A stretch of DNA of 64,000 nt from Opitutia bacterium (lineage in GTDB: Bacteria; Verrucomicrobiota; Verrucomicrobiia; Opitutales; T3Sed10-336), in assembly GCA_003566885.1 (NCBI GenBank), contig PXBO01000107.1, positions 17,924 to 81,923 on the forward strand. Reading direction: 5' to 3'. Each line of letters starts with the position of its first letter. Position 1 is the first letter of the stretch. Of the stretch, positions 17,424 to 26,396 are shown piece by piece. Position numbers and translations under genes: made by a program. Under the pieces are notes generated by a model. That model searched no databases and had not been told where the DNA came from. It saw only the letters and a program-made list of their open reading frames with translations.

Positions 17424-20400
17424 TCATTCCATGAGAATCCGCAAGCGATAGAACATCTGGTTTCCGGTGTTTGCTTCCAGCTTGATTTCGAAAAGCCCGT
17501 TACCCGTACCTGTATCGTCAATACGGGAATCAAACAGCGTCTCACTCCAGTCCTCCAAATCCCCGGTGGCTTCGACCAGGTAAACGATGTCGGTCCGCGC
17601 ATTCAGCAGATGAAACCGCAGACTCAGATCGCCGTCCTCCTTTTCGAGCCTGGGCAGCCTGGAATATGGGGGCTCGTCAATTTCCATGCCGAAAGCGTAC
17701 CGCAAAAGATTTTTCACCCCTTGGCCGCTCGGATCTCCATCCGGCCCGCTCGATTCCGCCAAGGGTTCCTCAAACATCGCATTCCGCCAGTCATCGAATC
17801 GCGCGAAAAGAAGGTCCGGCAGCAGATCCAACCGCAACGGATCCAGCCCGCCCGAGGCTTCTACCGTTCCCGGAAAACCGTCTGGAGCTTCATACACCCG
17901 ATAAACGGCGCCATCGTTAAAGCGACGTTCTTCTATACGGCGGACGCCGTCCGTAAGGTTATTGGGGAAAATCCCTCCCCATCGGTGATCCGCCGTGGCA
18001 ACCGTTTCGTGGTAGAAACTGGCATACCGGCTGTCGATCGCGCTTCCGGTCACCTCCACCGGCGTCGCCCCCAGCGGACGTCCATCGCCCTCCAGGTTAT
18101 CGTAGTAAACGATAATGTTGCGCGGTCCGATTTCGGATTCACCGGTCAACCCGCTCCCCTGGTTCGCCCCTTCCCCAAACGCGATCACCTGAATCTCCCC
18201 ACGGGTGTCGAGAAAGTGAAACAGCTCCTCACCTCCTGCTCCATCATTGAGCAGAAGGCGGATAAATACGGTGTTGCCCGGCTCAAAGCGCCGGTTACCG
18301 GTCGGTTCGGTAACAAACCAACCCGCGTAGGCCCCGTTTTCGTCGGTGGTGAAGGTCAAGTGGCGCAACCCATAGTCCCCTGGACGAAACCGCGGCGAAT
18401 CCGTATTGCGTATCCAGTTGGAGCCCGATCCTGTCACGAGAATGGCATTGCCGGCGCCGTTCTGATCGGCTGGATCGTCCGGCGTGATCACGCGATTGCC
18501 GTAGCGGTACTCGGCTTCCGGTTTCAATCCCTCCAACTTCAATCGAAAGGTAAAAGGCACGCGGTCGTTATTGTCGTTATTCTGATCCTGATTCCCCTGC
18601 ATGTACCGGGGCATGACTTCCTCCCTCACCCGCACCAGGTTGAAAGGATCGCTTTGCGCTGATTCAAGCCCGTTCGACAAGGCCATCAACGCAAACACCC
18701 CGGCCCCTTCCGCAGACACCTCGTCGAAGACCGCCACCCCATTTACGATGGCTGCGTTCAGCACACCCTCCAGTATACCCTCTCCGACGATCTCCAGACT
18801 CGCCTGGCCCTGGTGGCCGGTGTCCACCTGGCCGCTTTCATCGACAACGCGGACCACCACCGGCGGCAGGGTCTTTCCACTCTGACTCCACTCCGGCGGT
18901 TGCTCTGCGAATACAAGAGACGTCGCAACGCCAGGCTCTGTGTTGGCAACGCGAATATCGTCCAACCGCAACTGGGCCCTGGGGCCTGAATCGCCTGAAA
19001 CCCGGTAGTACCGCCAGAGCACTTGCACGTATTCCTCTCCCAGGGCCTCAGGAGGAAGGAGAACCGAGGCCATCGCCATTACGTGGCCCGGCGTCGCATT
19101 GCGCACGTATTCTACGGGTTCACCGTTGTCATGGTGCAAATCGGAAAACTCCCCTTCCATCCCCACCCGATATTGCAACCGAATTGCGTAAACCCGCTCG
19201 TTGGGAAGCACCGTGCCGGCAAGCCAATTCACCGGAGCATACTCGACCCCACGGGTGTCCAACGCAAGCAAAGCCCCGCCCAGATCTCTTCCCCTTCCTG
19301 TATTGATAAATGAGATACCGTCGTCCTCCAATCCGTTGATTCTCGTTCGCGATTCCGCCCGGTATGGAAAACCGATGTCCTGTGGATCCGCCGCGTCGCC
19401 GGGAGGAATGCGATAGGCGTAATCGAGCGGAGTCGCGATTCCGGTGTCGCTTTCAGCGCTCTGCACAAAAAGCATGTGCTGCGGATAACTCCCCGCAGGC
19501 TCGTCGGGCGACCATGCGTCAAAGGAAAACACCCCGTCATTCAACGGATGGGCGGATGGAAAAACGATGACTCGAAACGCCGCGGAAACCGCCGGATGCA
19601 CGTTGTTGTCCGCGGTCAGCAGGATTCTCCCGTCCCCCCGCATCCGGGGATCGATGGTCAGGATGTCACTCTCCAGGGTAATACCAAATACGTCGGCACT
19701 CTCCGACTCAACCGCAATATCAAGAACATTCTCGTCCGTGCTGATAAAAACCTCCGAGAGATCGATCTGCACCGACGCCCCTCCTTCAACCAAGCGATAA
19801 GTTTCCGCCGGGGGATTGACCTTCGGAGGACTTGAAGCGCCCTCCAAAGGGCGGCCTTCAAGGGTTAGATTGTCAAAGCGGTTGTTTCCCTCAGTCCCTC
19901 CTTCACCCTGCTCGAACCGGATTCGCACCAAAAGTTCGGGGTTGTCGACAACCTCCGCGACCGCACCGAAATCAATGGTGTGAGTAACCGGATTTTCGGT
20001 TACCACGACCTCTGCAAACGGGACGAATAGGTCCCCATCAGCGCTGTATTCCACAATATGCAACCCCGCACCCTGCCCCGACCGGCTGGCCTCATAGGAA
20101 AGGGTGATATCCCGGTGGCCGATCATAGGCGCGCCAACCGTGAGAGTGCCGACCAGCGGGAAATTGAATCGAAGGTGCGTTCCAGCCGGATCCCCGAATC
20201 GGGCATTAGCTCCGGCGAAGCCTTGTCCGTCATCGGCCAGTACCTCACCCCAAACGCCCTCGTCGACAACCAGTAACGCGTCGCCCACGGTGTAGGAGGG
20301 ATGCAACAGCCCTTCAGAATCATTGAAGTTCCAGTAATGCAGGAGACTCAGCGGTGGGATCGCGTTCGGCGCCCCCGGTGTCGGCGACGAAAATCTGATC

Positions 20401-23400
20401 GGTGCGGCCCCCGCACCGTCGGGATGGCGTCCCACCGAATGTCCTGCCGGCAGTCCATCATATCCAACGGCATCGATCACCAGGTATTCGCCGTCCACAT
20501 CGCGTGACAGATAAAGTTCGCCGACATCAGGATCCATGGCAAACGACGTGTGCCACTCATCCGCTCCGGTGAGTCCGGATTGCCCGTCAAGCCAGACCAA
20601 GGCGTAGGTTGCCGGCTCAATCGTCGCCCCAGGCGGAAACGCCCACATCGCCAAATCATCCGCGCCATCGGAAAGAAAGAACCCATCCAGATTTAGGGAC
20701 TGAGATCCCGCATAGTACAATTCCACCCAGGAGCCGAATTCCCCAAAAGCATCTGTAACCACTCCCGTATTGACGGCTTGCAACTCGTTAAGCCAGAGAG
20801 AGGCGAACGCAGGCAAATCCTCCCGCACCGAATTCGTCTCGCCGGGGGTGGGCGTCGCCAGAACCCAATTGCCGGGATGATCGCCGCTCTGTGCCGGATC
20901 GACTCTCTGGTAGGAACCTCCGGAAGCCGATTCCGCTGACGGCCAGGGGCGAGACGGCAAATAATAGACCTGATCAAGGAGCAACTCTGAAACGGTGTCG
21001 GTTGCCGGCCGGAGAAACCGCAGTCCCTCGTTCTGCTGTGGGAAAGCCCCGGAAAACTCGCCCGCAATCGGCCAGCCGACGCCAAAGGCGTTTTGAAAAG
21101 CCGTTCGGTCGCGCACAACGAGCAAAAAAGCCCCGGGTTCGATCAGAGTCCCTTGGGGAAAGGTAAAATCCAGTTCGTCCAACCGGTAACCGCCAAGCGA
21201 AAAAGCGTGCTCGGCCGAGGTGTTGTGAATCTCGACAAACTCCGTCCGGGGAGCAACCGGATGGTAAAGAATTTCGTTGATCGACAGGAAAATCACCGGA
21301 TTGGCCGGAGTGGACGGCAAATTCACAGTGGTGCTGGTTTCATCCAGCAGTTCGCCACTGGAGTCGCGACTCTGAACGACGAAGTGATTTTGTCCCCTGG
21401 TCAGCGGCAGGGTGACACGCCATTCAGTCTCGCTGTCCCAGATAAGGGAATACTCGGCTCCGTTGATGGTCAGGGTATGGGCTCCTACGGGCGCGACGCC
21501 AGAGAGCTCTACCCGTCCATTCGCCACCTCGGTGCTATTGATCGCCAAATCCGCCTGAACCGTGTTCAGTTGATTGATCAGATAATTGCGCCGGGTGTTG
21601 ATCCAATCCTTGAGCGGTTGCGTTCCGGTAACGTTGAGACCATTCTCCACGAACGCCGCATAGTTCGCATCGGCCCTCGCGCCGAACTTTTCAGCCAGCA
21701 AAGGCCCATGCACGGCGTCATTAAACGCCCGCCAATACGCCCGGCGAAAGGGAGGGTGATTGTACATCCGCACCACCACCGGATCGTCGGCGCCAAAGAG
21801 CGAAGCGGTGGGGGAACTGTTGTCGGCGCCGATTCCTTTGTCCAGATCCCAAAGAATCATCTGCCACGGTCCGCGCTCCGGTTTATAAGTCCAGGCGTTT
21901 TTGCCCCGATTATAACCATACCCGTCCCAGTCGCTCACAATGCGTCTTATCGCGAACACCCGCATCCACTGCTCGACATCCGCCACGGATTCGACGGCGG
22001 CGGTGTATATCGCATCATCCTCCGTGTTAACCGCTTCCACCAATTGGAACAAACTCGAATAATCATCGTCCAGCCAACGATTCGAGCGTTTGTTCCAACT
22101 CCAACGGTACCGGGCCTGCTTCAAAGTGCCGTCCGCTTCCCTGTAAGGAAGCAATCGCGCGTTCTGCACCGAGGTAAAGCTAAAAGTAGGAGTAAACTCG
22201 AACCAATCGTCAATCTTAAAGAGCTCTCCGCCATCATCGTCCGGAAACCAGGACTGCAAATACTCTGACTCGATATGCTGAATGTCGGTGAATACATTCG
22301 CCCCCAACTGTTGCCCCCTGCCATTCCGATAGAGGTGAATGTAGGTTTGGTGGCTGAAAGCCAACCCCAATTTCTCCGCGATCCAGTAGCCCATCAGTTC
22401 GCGTTGCGCGCTGGAATCGCTGTGGTGGATCCCGTTCAGATTAAACTCACGCGTCCCAAGAAGGCGGTCATCGCGCGGCACCTGAAAAGAGAATCCCGTG
22501 GGACGTCTCCAAGGGCTGCCCCGATACCGTGCTCCGATGTTATGGATGACACGATTTCCGTACACCAGCGTTCCCGGAAGGCGCCGGTTGCTCAGCACCT
22601 CACGGTTCGCCCACTCCTGCATGACCTCGTCCGTAAACCACATGTGGTAGGTCAGGTACGATCCCGGACGATTCCGGTCACCGAACCGAATCAGCGCTTC
22701 ATACTCCGATGGATTCTCGGGATAGGTGGCTGTCGCCCCTTGCTCGTCAACCGCCTCGATGTAATAGGCAATCAGCGTGTCCGCCGCCTGTCCGGGAATG
22801 ACCGCGGTAAAGACGCCGTCGCCCGCAACCGCGTCCCTCTCTTCCCCATCATCCAGCATGGGCACCGCAGTGTAGTCTCCGGTCGGATCGATACGGTAGT
22901 GCAATATCAAACCGGATACGCCGTCAGGGTCATGTGCTCGCGCCGTCACGGCCACCGGCTGATTCGCGGCTGGAAGGACCGGCACGTGGCGTGCATCGTA
23001 AATCGCAGGACCGGCGTTCGCGGTGTGAGCCGAATTGGGAGCGCCCGGCGTTCCGAGATTCGAAGGGACGTGCAGATCTCCCATCACCTCAAGGTAGTTT
23101 CCCCGCAGGCGCAGCAAGACCTGCGGGTGCCCGGCGATCCAACGCGCCCTTGCCCGCAGCGCGACCGTCGATCCGGATGGGATGGCGTTTGCGAGCTGAA
23201 CGCGCACCCGGTTCGCCCCGGTATCGCCGGAACCGCTTGCCTCCAGGCGCAAACTGCCGCCCGTCTGAAAGCCCTCGTCGGGCGACCAATGCGATGTAAC
23301 GTGATGCCCTTGAGCCAACCAACCCTGGATGCCGCTATCAAACGTGCCGTTCATCACCAGATTCGGCCCTCCATCGACACGGACTTCGACTTCATCGATC

Positions 23401-25979
23401 AGGGTATGTCCCGCCGAGGGCAGAAGAATGTGCAGTTGATCCGCCGGGCCGCTGCCATGGCTCATCACGCCGATGTGTTCGATCAGGGTCCACTCCCCCT
23501 TTTCGCTTTCGCCGCTGTGCGTCCAGTTGGCCGCGCGACGATTATCGCTTCGTGGATCGCGCAACTCGATACTGCTTCCGTCACGATTCGCCCACTCGCC
23601 CCAGCGGCCGCCGTCACGGTAGGTGACTTCGTTCACCACCACATGATCAATCCCTCCGCTCGGGCGCAAGACCGGCATAGCGAGGGCCAACCGCTCGCCT
23701 GAATTCGAAAGCCTCCCGCCGAAATTACCCACGGTGTTGCTTGAATTGAGGCTTGGGTATCGGTCGATAAGACCGTTCCTGTCCCGGGCCACGACAAGGT
23801 AACCGCCAGGGGCCAGACTCGTACCGGCGGGGAAAGTGAAGCGTATGCCGGCGGCAAACCGCCAGCCGCTCAAATCGACCAACTCTTCGCCGCGATTATA
23901 GAGCTCAACGTAGGTATCCAGCTCGCTCCCGGAAATCGGGTTGAACATAATCTCGCTGATCACGATCGGCCCATTGAACAACCCGCTGTTCGACGATCCG
24001 GGCGTAGGTTCGGCCAGGCGACGAAACTCCGGTGCGCCGTCTGGAAAACGTCCCAGGGAGACGTCGTCGGCAAGTGCTTCATAACGCAAGGCGTCGATCA
24101 CCCGTTCCTCACCCGGGCTCACCAGATAAACACCCCCTCCCGAAGCATCGAATGAAAAGCCCAACTCGGTTTCGTCATAGGCCAGGAAACCTCCGGCGGG
24201 AACGATGACACCCTGCGGGATCTGAAAGCGATGCGCATCCGGCCGATCACTTAGAAAGGCGCCCGACAGATCCACCGGCTCCCTGCTGTGGTTGTAGAGT
24301 TCGACAAAGGAAACATTCACCTCATCCGCTTCATCACGTGCGAGCAATTCATTGATCCTGATGGCATCCAATACGGTCGCGGTCTCCGGCTCATGCGCTC
24401 CCGGCGAACCACCCTTATACCTGCTCGCCTCCCAGGCCGCAACGCTTCCCTCACCATACGATGGACGGGCCAGCACCAGTGAATGTCCCGCCCCGGCGGC
24501 GGCCGGCCAAGGATGTACCGAGGAATATGCCGCTTCCAGGAGAACGCCTCCGTTTCGGTGATACAGCAACACTTCCCCTTCGTTCCGATCGAGCGACCCC
24601 TCATACCCGCCCAGAACACCGGACAATCCATACTCCTCCTCAACCTGTCCCGGACTGGCGGCAACCACCAGAAAGCCCTCGCCCGGAATCACCGTGCCTT
24701 GCGGAAACACGTATCGAATCTCTCCTCCCAATCGCCAGCCGCCGATATCGGCAGGTGTCGGCTCCGAATTATAAAGCTCAACGAATTCCAGGGTCCGCCC
24801 GTCCGCCCAGGCACCGGTACGGTACATAATCTCCGAAATGACCAGTCCCGTCCTCCGGCTCGACCGGTGGAGCGACTCACGAGGAATCTCGCCAATATCC
24901 GATCGACTCGTACCGAGATCGCGAATCAGGCGCCGGGATTGCCCATAGCGCTCGCCCGCCAAGTCATACGCAACGATCTCCCATTCAATGACCTCTCTGA
25001 AAAGCTCGTGAACGAACGTGTAGATCCCTTCCTGGCCCGAGGTGTCGGTCGCAATCACCTCACCGTCGATCACCAGACTAACGCTTTCAATCCCCACCCC
25101 TCCCCGGTCAATCACCTCCGCCACAAAAGTAACCTCGGGATCGTCCCTCTCATCAAATCCCTCCTGCGGCTCGATCATCGTGATCTCCAGATTTTCAAAA
25201 AGCTCTCTTATTTCGAAATTGTCCCACTCGATATAAGCATCGTCCGGATCGGGATTGCCTCCCCAAACGGCATGTATCAATCCGATCTCCAGCGTGGCTC
25301 CGGGCGAGATCAGTGCATCCAGTGTCCGGCTTCCAAATTCTTCCCAGACCTCACCATCCAGGCTGCGCCAGGCCGTGACACGGGCGGTTTGGTGTTCAAA
25401 TTCAATTCGCATCCAGGGATAACCGGGAGCCGAGGTGAACGAACCGTCGTGCGTCCGATTGAAATTCTCCACCACCTGCATGCCATTGCCAAAATTAAAG
25501 GCTTCGAAAAAATGATGGGAAACGTAGTGAGAGACGCCACGTTCATCATCCGAGCGACCGATATAAAGCATTGGCGCCGAGAAATTGACGTAGGATCGTT
25601 CAAAGGTATTCCCTTGCGACGGAGCGTCAACCAGCTGGACGGTCGCCTGGAGGTCGACACCCGCCGGAACACCGCGCGCGATCGATAACGGGTTGGCGTC
25701 ACCGGCGGTTCCCGAGGAGGTCATGTGGAGAACTCCGTTGCGCGCTTCGATTCTCGGTCCCGTCGCCGATTGCACGCCGGTGATGCGGTCCCACCCGGTA
25801 CCATCCACCCCGTCCGCGACAAAATCATGTACGTAGTCGAATTGGTCCGAAAACGACCCGCTGACAGATAACGGAGATACCGAATCCTCCCCCTGCACGT
25901 TGCTGGTGGACGTGGCCAATGCGCCAATAATCGCGCAAATAAATGACACCGATGCGAACCTCAACCGAGTGGGAATCAT
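17424..25979 (-). CDS. Giant secreted protein: ConA-like N-domain, 5 lamin-tail domains (LTD), CBM-like domain, CotH kinase-like domain, Ig-like domains, C-terminal NLLRYAFG module
   Basis: The ORF runs 17424..26090; the start is set at Met38 (cat at 25977-25979), giving the signal peptide MIPTRLRFASVSFICAIIGALATSTSNVQG. LTD signatures: ISEIMYR..EFVELYN..GGWRL; INELLAR..SFVELYN; ISEIMFNP..YVELYN..SGWRF; INEILYHP..EFVEIHN; LNELQAVN..WVELYY. CotH-like region at about nt 21711-22673: ..NIGARYRGSPWRR..FNLNG..RELMGYWIAEKLGL..IHLYRNG..LFKIDDWFEF.. Confidence 0.9.
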   Translation of the reverse strand: MIPTRLRFASVSFICAIIGALATSTSNVQGEDSVSPLSVSGSFSDQFDYVHDFVADGVDGTGWDRITGVQSATGPRIEARNGVLHMTSSGTAGDANPLSIARGVPAGVDLQATVQLVDAPSQGNTFERSYVNFSAPMLYIGRSDDERGVSHYVSHHFFEAFNFGNGMQVVENFNRTHDGSFTSAPGYPWMRIEFEHQTARVTAWRSLDGEVWEEFGSRTLDALISPGATLEIGLIHAVWGGNPDPDDAYIEWDNFEIRELFENLEITMIEPQEGFDERDDPEVTFVAEVIDRGGVGIESVSLVIDGEVIATDTSGQEGIYTFVHELFREVIEWEIVAYDLAGERYGQSRRLIRDLGTSRSDIGEIPRESLHRSSRRTGLVISEIMYRTGAWADGRTLEFVELYNSEPTPADIGGWRLGGEIRYVFPQGTVIPGEGFLVVAASPGQVEEEYGLSGVLGGYEGSLDRNEGEVLLYHRNGGVLLEAAYSSVHPWPAAAGAGHSLVLARPSYGEGSVAAWEASRYKGGSPGAHEPETATVLDAIRINELLARDEADEVNVSFVELYNHSREPVDLSGAFLSDRPDAHRFQIPQGVIVPAGGFLAYDETELGFSFDASGGGVYLVSPGEERVIDALRYEALADDVSLGRFPDGAPEFRRLAEPTPGSSNSGLFNGPIVISEIMFNPISGSELDTYVELYNRGEELVDLSGWRFAAGIRFTFPAGTSLAPGGYLVVARDRNGLIDRYPSLNSSNTVGNFGGRLSNSGERLALAMPVLRPSGGIDHVVVNEVTYRDGGRWGEWANRDGSSIELRDPRSDNRRAANWTHSGESEKGEWTLIEHIGVMSHGSGPADQLHILLPSAGHTLIDEVEVRVDGGPNLVMNGTFDSGIQGWLAQGHHVTSHWSPDEGFQTGGSLRLEASGSGDTGANRVRVQLANAIPSGSTVALRARARWIAGHPQVLLRLRGNYLEVMGDLHVPSNLGTPGAPNSAHTANAGPAIYDARHVPVLPAANQPVAVTARAHDPDGVSGLILHYRIDPTGDYTAVPMLDDGEERDAVAGDGVFTAVIPGQAADTLIAYYIEAVDEQGATATYPENPSEYEALIRFGDRNRPGSYLTYHMWFTDEVMQEWANREVLSNRRLPGTLVYGNRVIHNIGARYRGSPWRRPTGFSFQVPRDDRLLGTREFNLNGIHHSDSSAQRELMGYWIAEKLGLAFSHQTYIHLYRNGRGQQLGANVFTDIQHIESEYLQSWFPDDDGGELFKIDDWFEFTPTFSFTSVQNARLLPYREADGTLKQARYRWSWNKRSNRWLDDDYSSLFQLVEAVNTEDDAIYTAAVESVADVEQWMRVFAIRRIVSDWDGYGYNRGKNAWTYKPERGPWQMILWDLDKGIGADNSSPTASLFGADDPVVVRMYNHPPFRRAYWRAFNDAVHGPLLAEKFGARADANYAAFVENGLNVTGTQPLKDWINTRRNYLINQLNTVQADLAINSTEVANGRVELSGVAPVGAHTLTINGAEYSLIWDSETEWRVTLPLTRGQNHFVVQSRDSSGELLDETSTTVNLPSTPANPVIFLSINEILYHPVAPRTEFVEIHNTSAEHAFSLGGYRLDELDFTFPQGTLIEPGAFLLVVRDRTAFQNAFGVGWPIAGEFSGAFPQQNEGLRFLRPATDTVSELLLDQVYYLPSRPWPSAESASGGSYQRVDPAQSGDHPGNWVLATPTPGETNSVREDLPAFASLWLNELQAVNTGVVTDAFGEFGSWVELYYAGSQSLNLDGFFLSDGADDLAMWAFPPGATIEPATYALVWLDGQSGLTGADEWHTSFAMDPDVGELYLSRDVDGEYLVIDAVGYDGLPAGHSVGRHPDGAGAAPIRFSSPTPGAPNAIPPLSLLHYWNFNDSEGLLHPSYTVGDALLVVDEGVWGEVLADDGQGFAGANARFGDPAGTHLRFNFPLVGTLTVGAPMIGHRDITLSYEASRSGQGAGLHIVEYSADGDLFVPFAEVVVTENPVTHTIDFGAVAEVVDNPELLVRIRFEQGEGGTEGNNRFDNLTLEGRPLEGASSPPKVNPPAETYRLVEGGASVQIDLSEVFISTDENVLDIAVESESADVFGITLESDILTIDPRMRGDGRILLTADNNVHPAVSAAFRVIVFPSAHPLNDGVFSFDAWSPDEPAGSYPQHMLFVQSAESDTGIATPLDYAYRIPPGDAADPQDIGFPYRAESRTRINGLEDDGISFINTGRGRDLGGALLALDTRGVEYAPVNWLAGTVLPNERVYAIRLQYRVGMEGEFSDLHHDNGEPVEYVRNATPGHVMAMASVLLPPEALGEEYVQVLWRYYRVSGDSGPRAQLRLDDIRVANTEPGVATSLVFAEQPPEWSQSGKTLPPVVVRVVDESGQVDTGHQGQASLEIVGEGILEGVLNAAIVNGVAVFDEVSAEGAGVFALMALSNGLESAQSDPFNLVRVREEVMPRYMQGNQDQNNDNNDRVPFTFRLKLEGLKPEAEYRYGNRVITPDDPADQNGAGNAILVTGSGSNWIRNTDSPRFRPGDYGLRHLTFTTDENGAYAGWFVTEPTGNRRFEPGNTVFIRLLLNDGAGGEELFHFLDTRGEIQVIAFGEGANQGSGLTGESEIGPRNIIVYYDNLEGDGRPLGATPVEVTGSAIDSRYASFYHETVATADHRWGGIFPNNLTDGVRRIEERRFNDGAVYRVYEAPDGFPGTVEASGGLDPLRLDLLPDLLFARFDDWRNAMFEEPLAESSGPDGDPSGQGVKNLLRYAFGMEIDEPPYSRLPRLEKEDGDLSLRFHLLNARTDIVYLVEATGDLEDWSETLFDSRIDDTGTGNGLFEIKLEANTGNQMFYRLRILME

Positions 25980-26171
25980 AGAGTTTGCTAAATTTAGTTC
26001 TTTGTTTTCAGGGAGTGTTTCGTCTGATGATCGCAAACCAATCCGCCACCAGTCGACTTGCCTGTCTAATAAGCACCGCAGATACCTCACGCTTGAAAAG
26101 AACAGGAGGTTAACGTATAAGTTCTCTAATTTCGCGTTACAGCAAACATATCGAACAACTAATAAGGACCG

Positions 26172-26192
26172 GCATTAGTAAAATACTAATGC
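26172..26192. promoter_or_regulatory. Palindrome GCATTAGTA-AAA-TACTAATGC in an AT-rich divergent intergenic region (candidate operator)
   Basis: Perfect 9-bp inverted arms with a 3-nt spacer, located between the giant gene (minus strand, start 25979) and the AmpG-like MFS gene (plus strand, start about 26367-26397). Confidence 0.3.
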
Positions 26193-26396
26193 ACGCAATC
26201 GGATACTAGAGCAAGTGCATTTCGAAAATGGGCTGTTTGGATGGGGTTAAACCACGTTCTTGACTCGAACCCGAAATCCGGCTTAACCATTTGAAGCCAC
26301 CGGCTTAAAACGCGTTTCGACCGGAGCTCAACGAACATTCCAACACCAGAAAAAGGGTCAATCACTGTGTACCTCACCAGTAGTCGCAGAGCAAAA

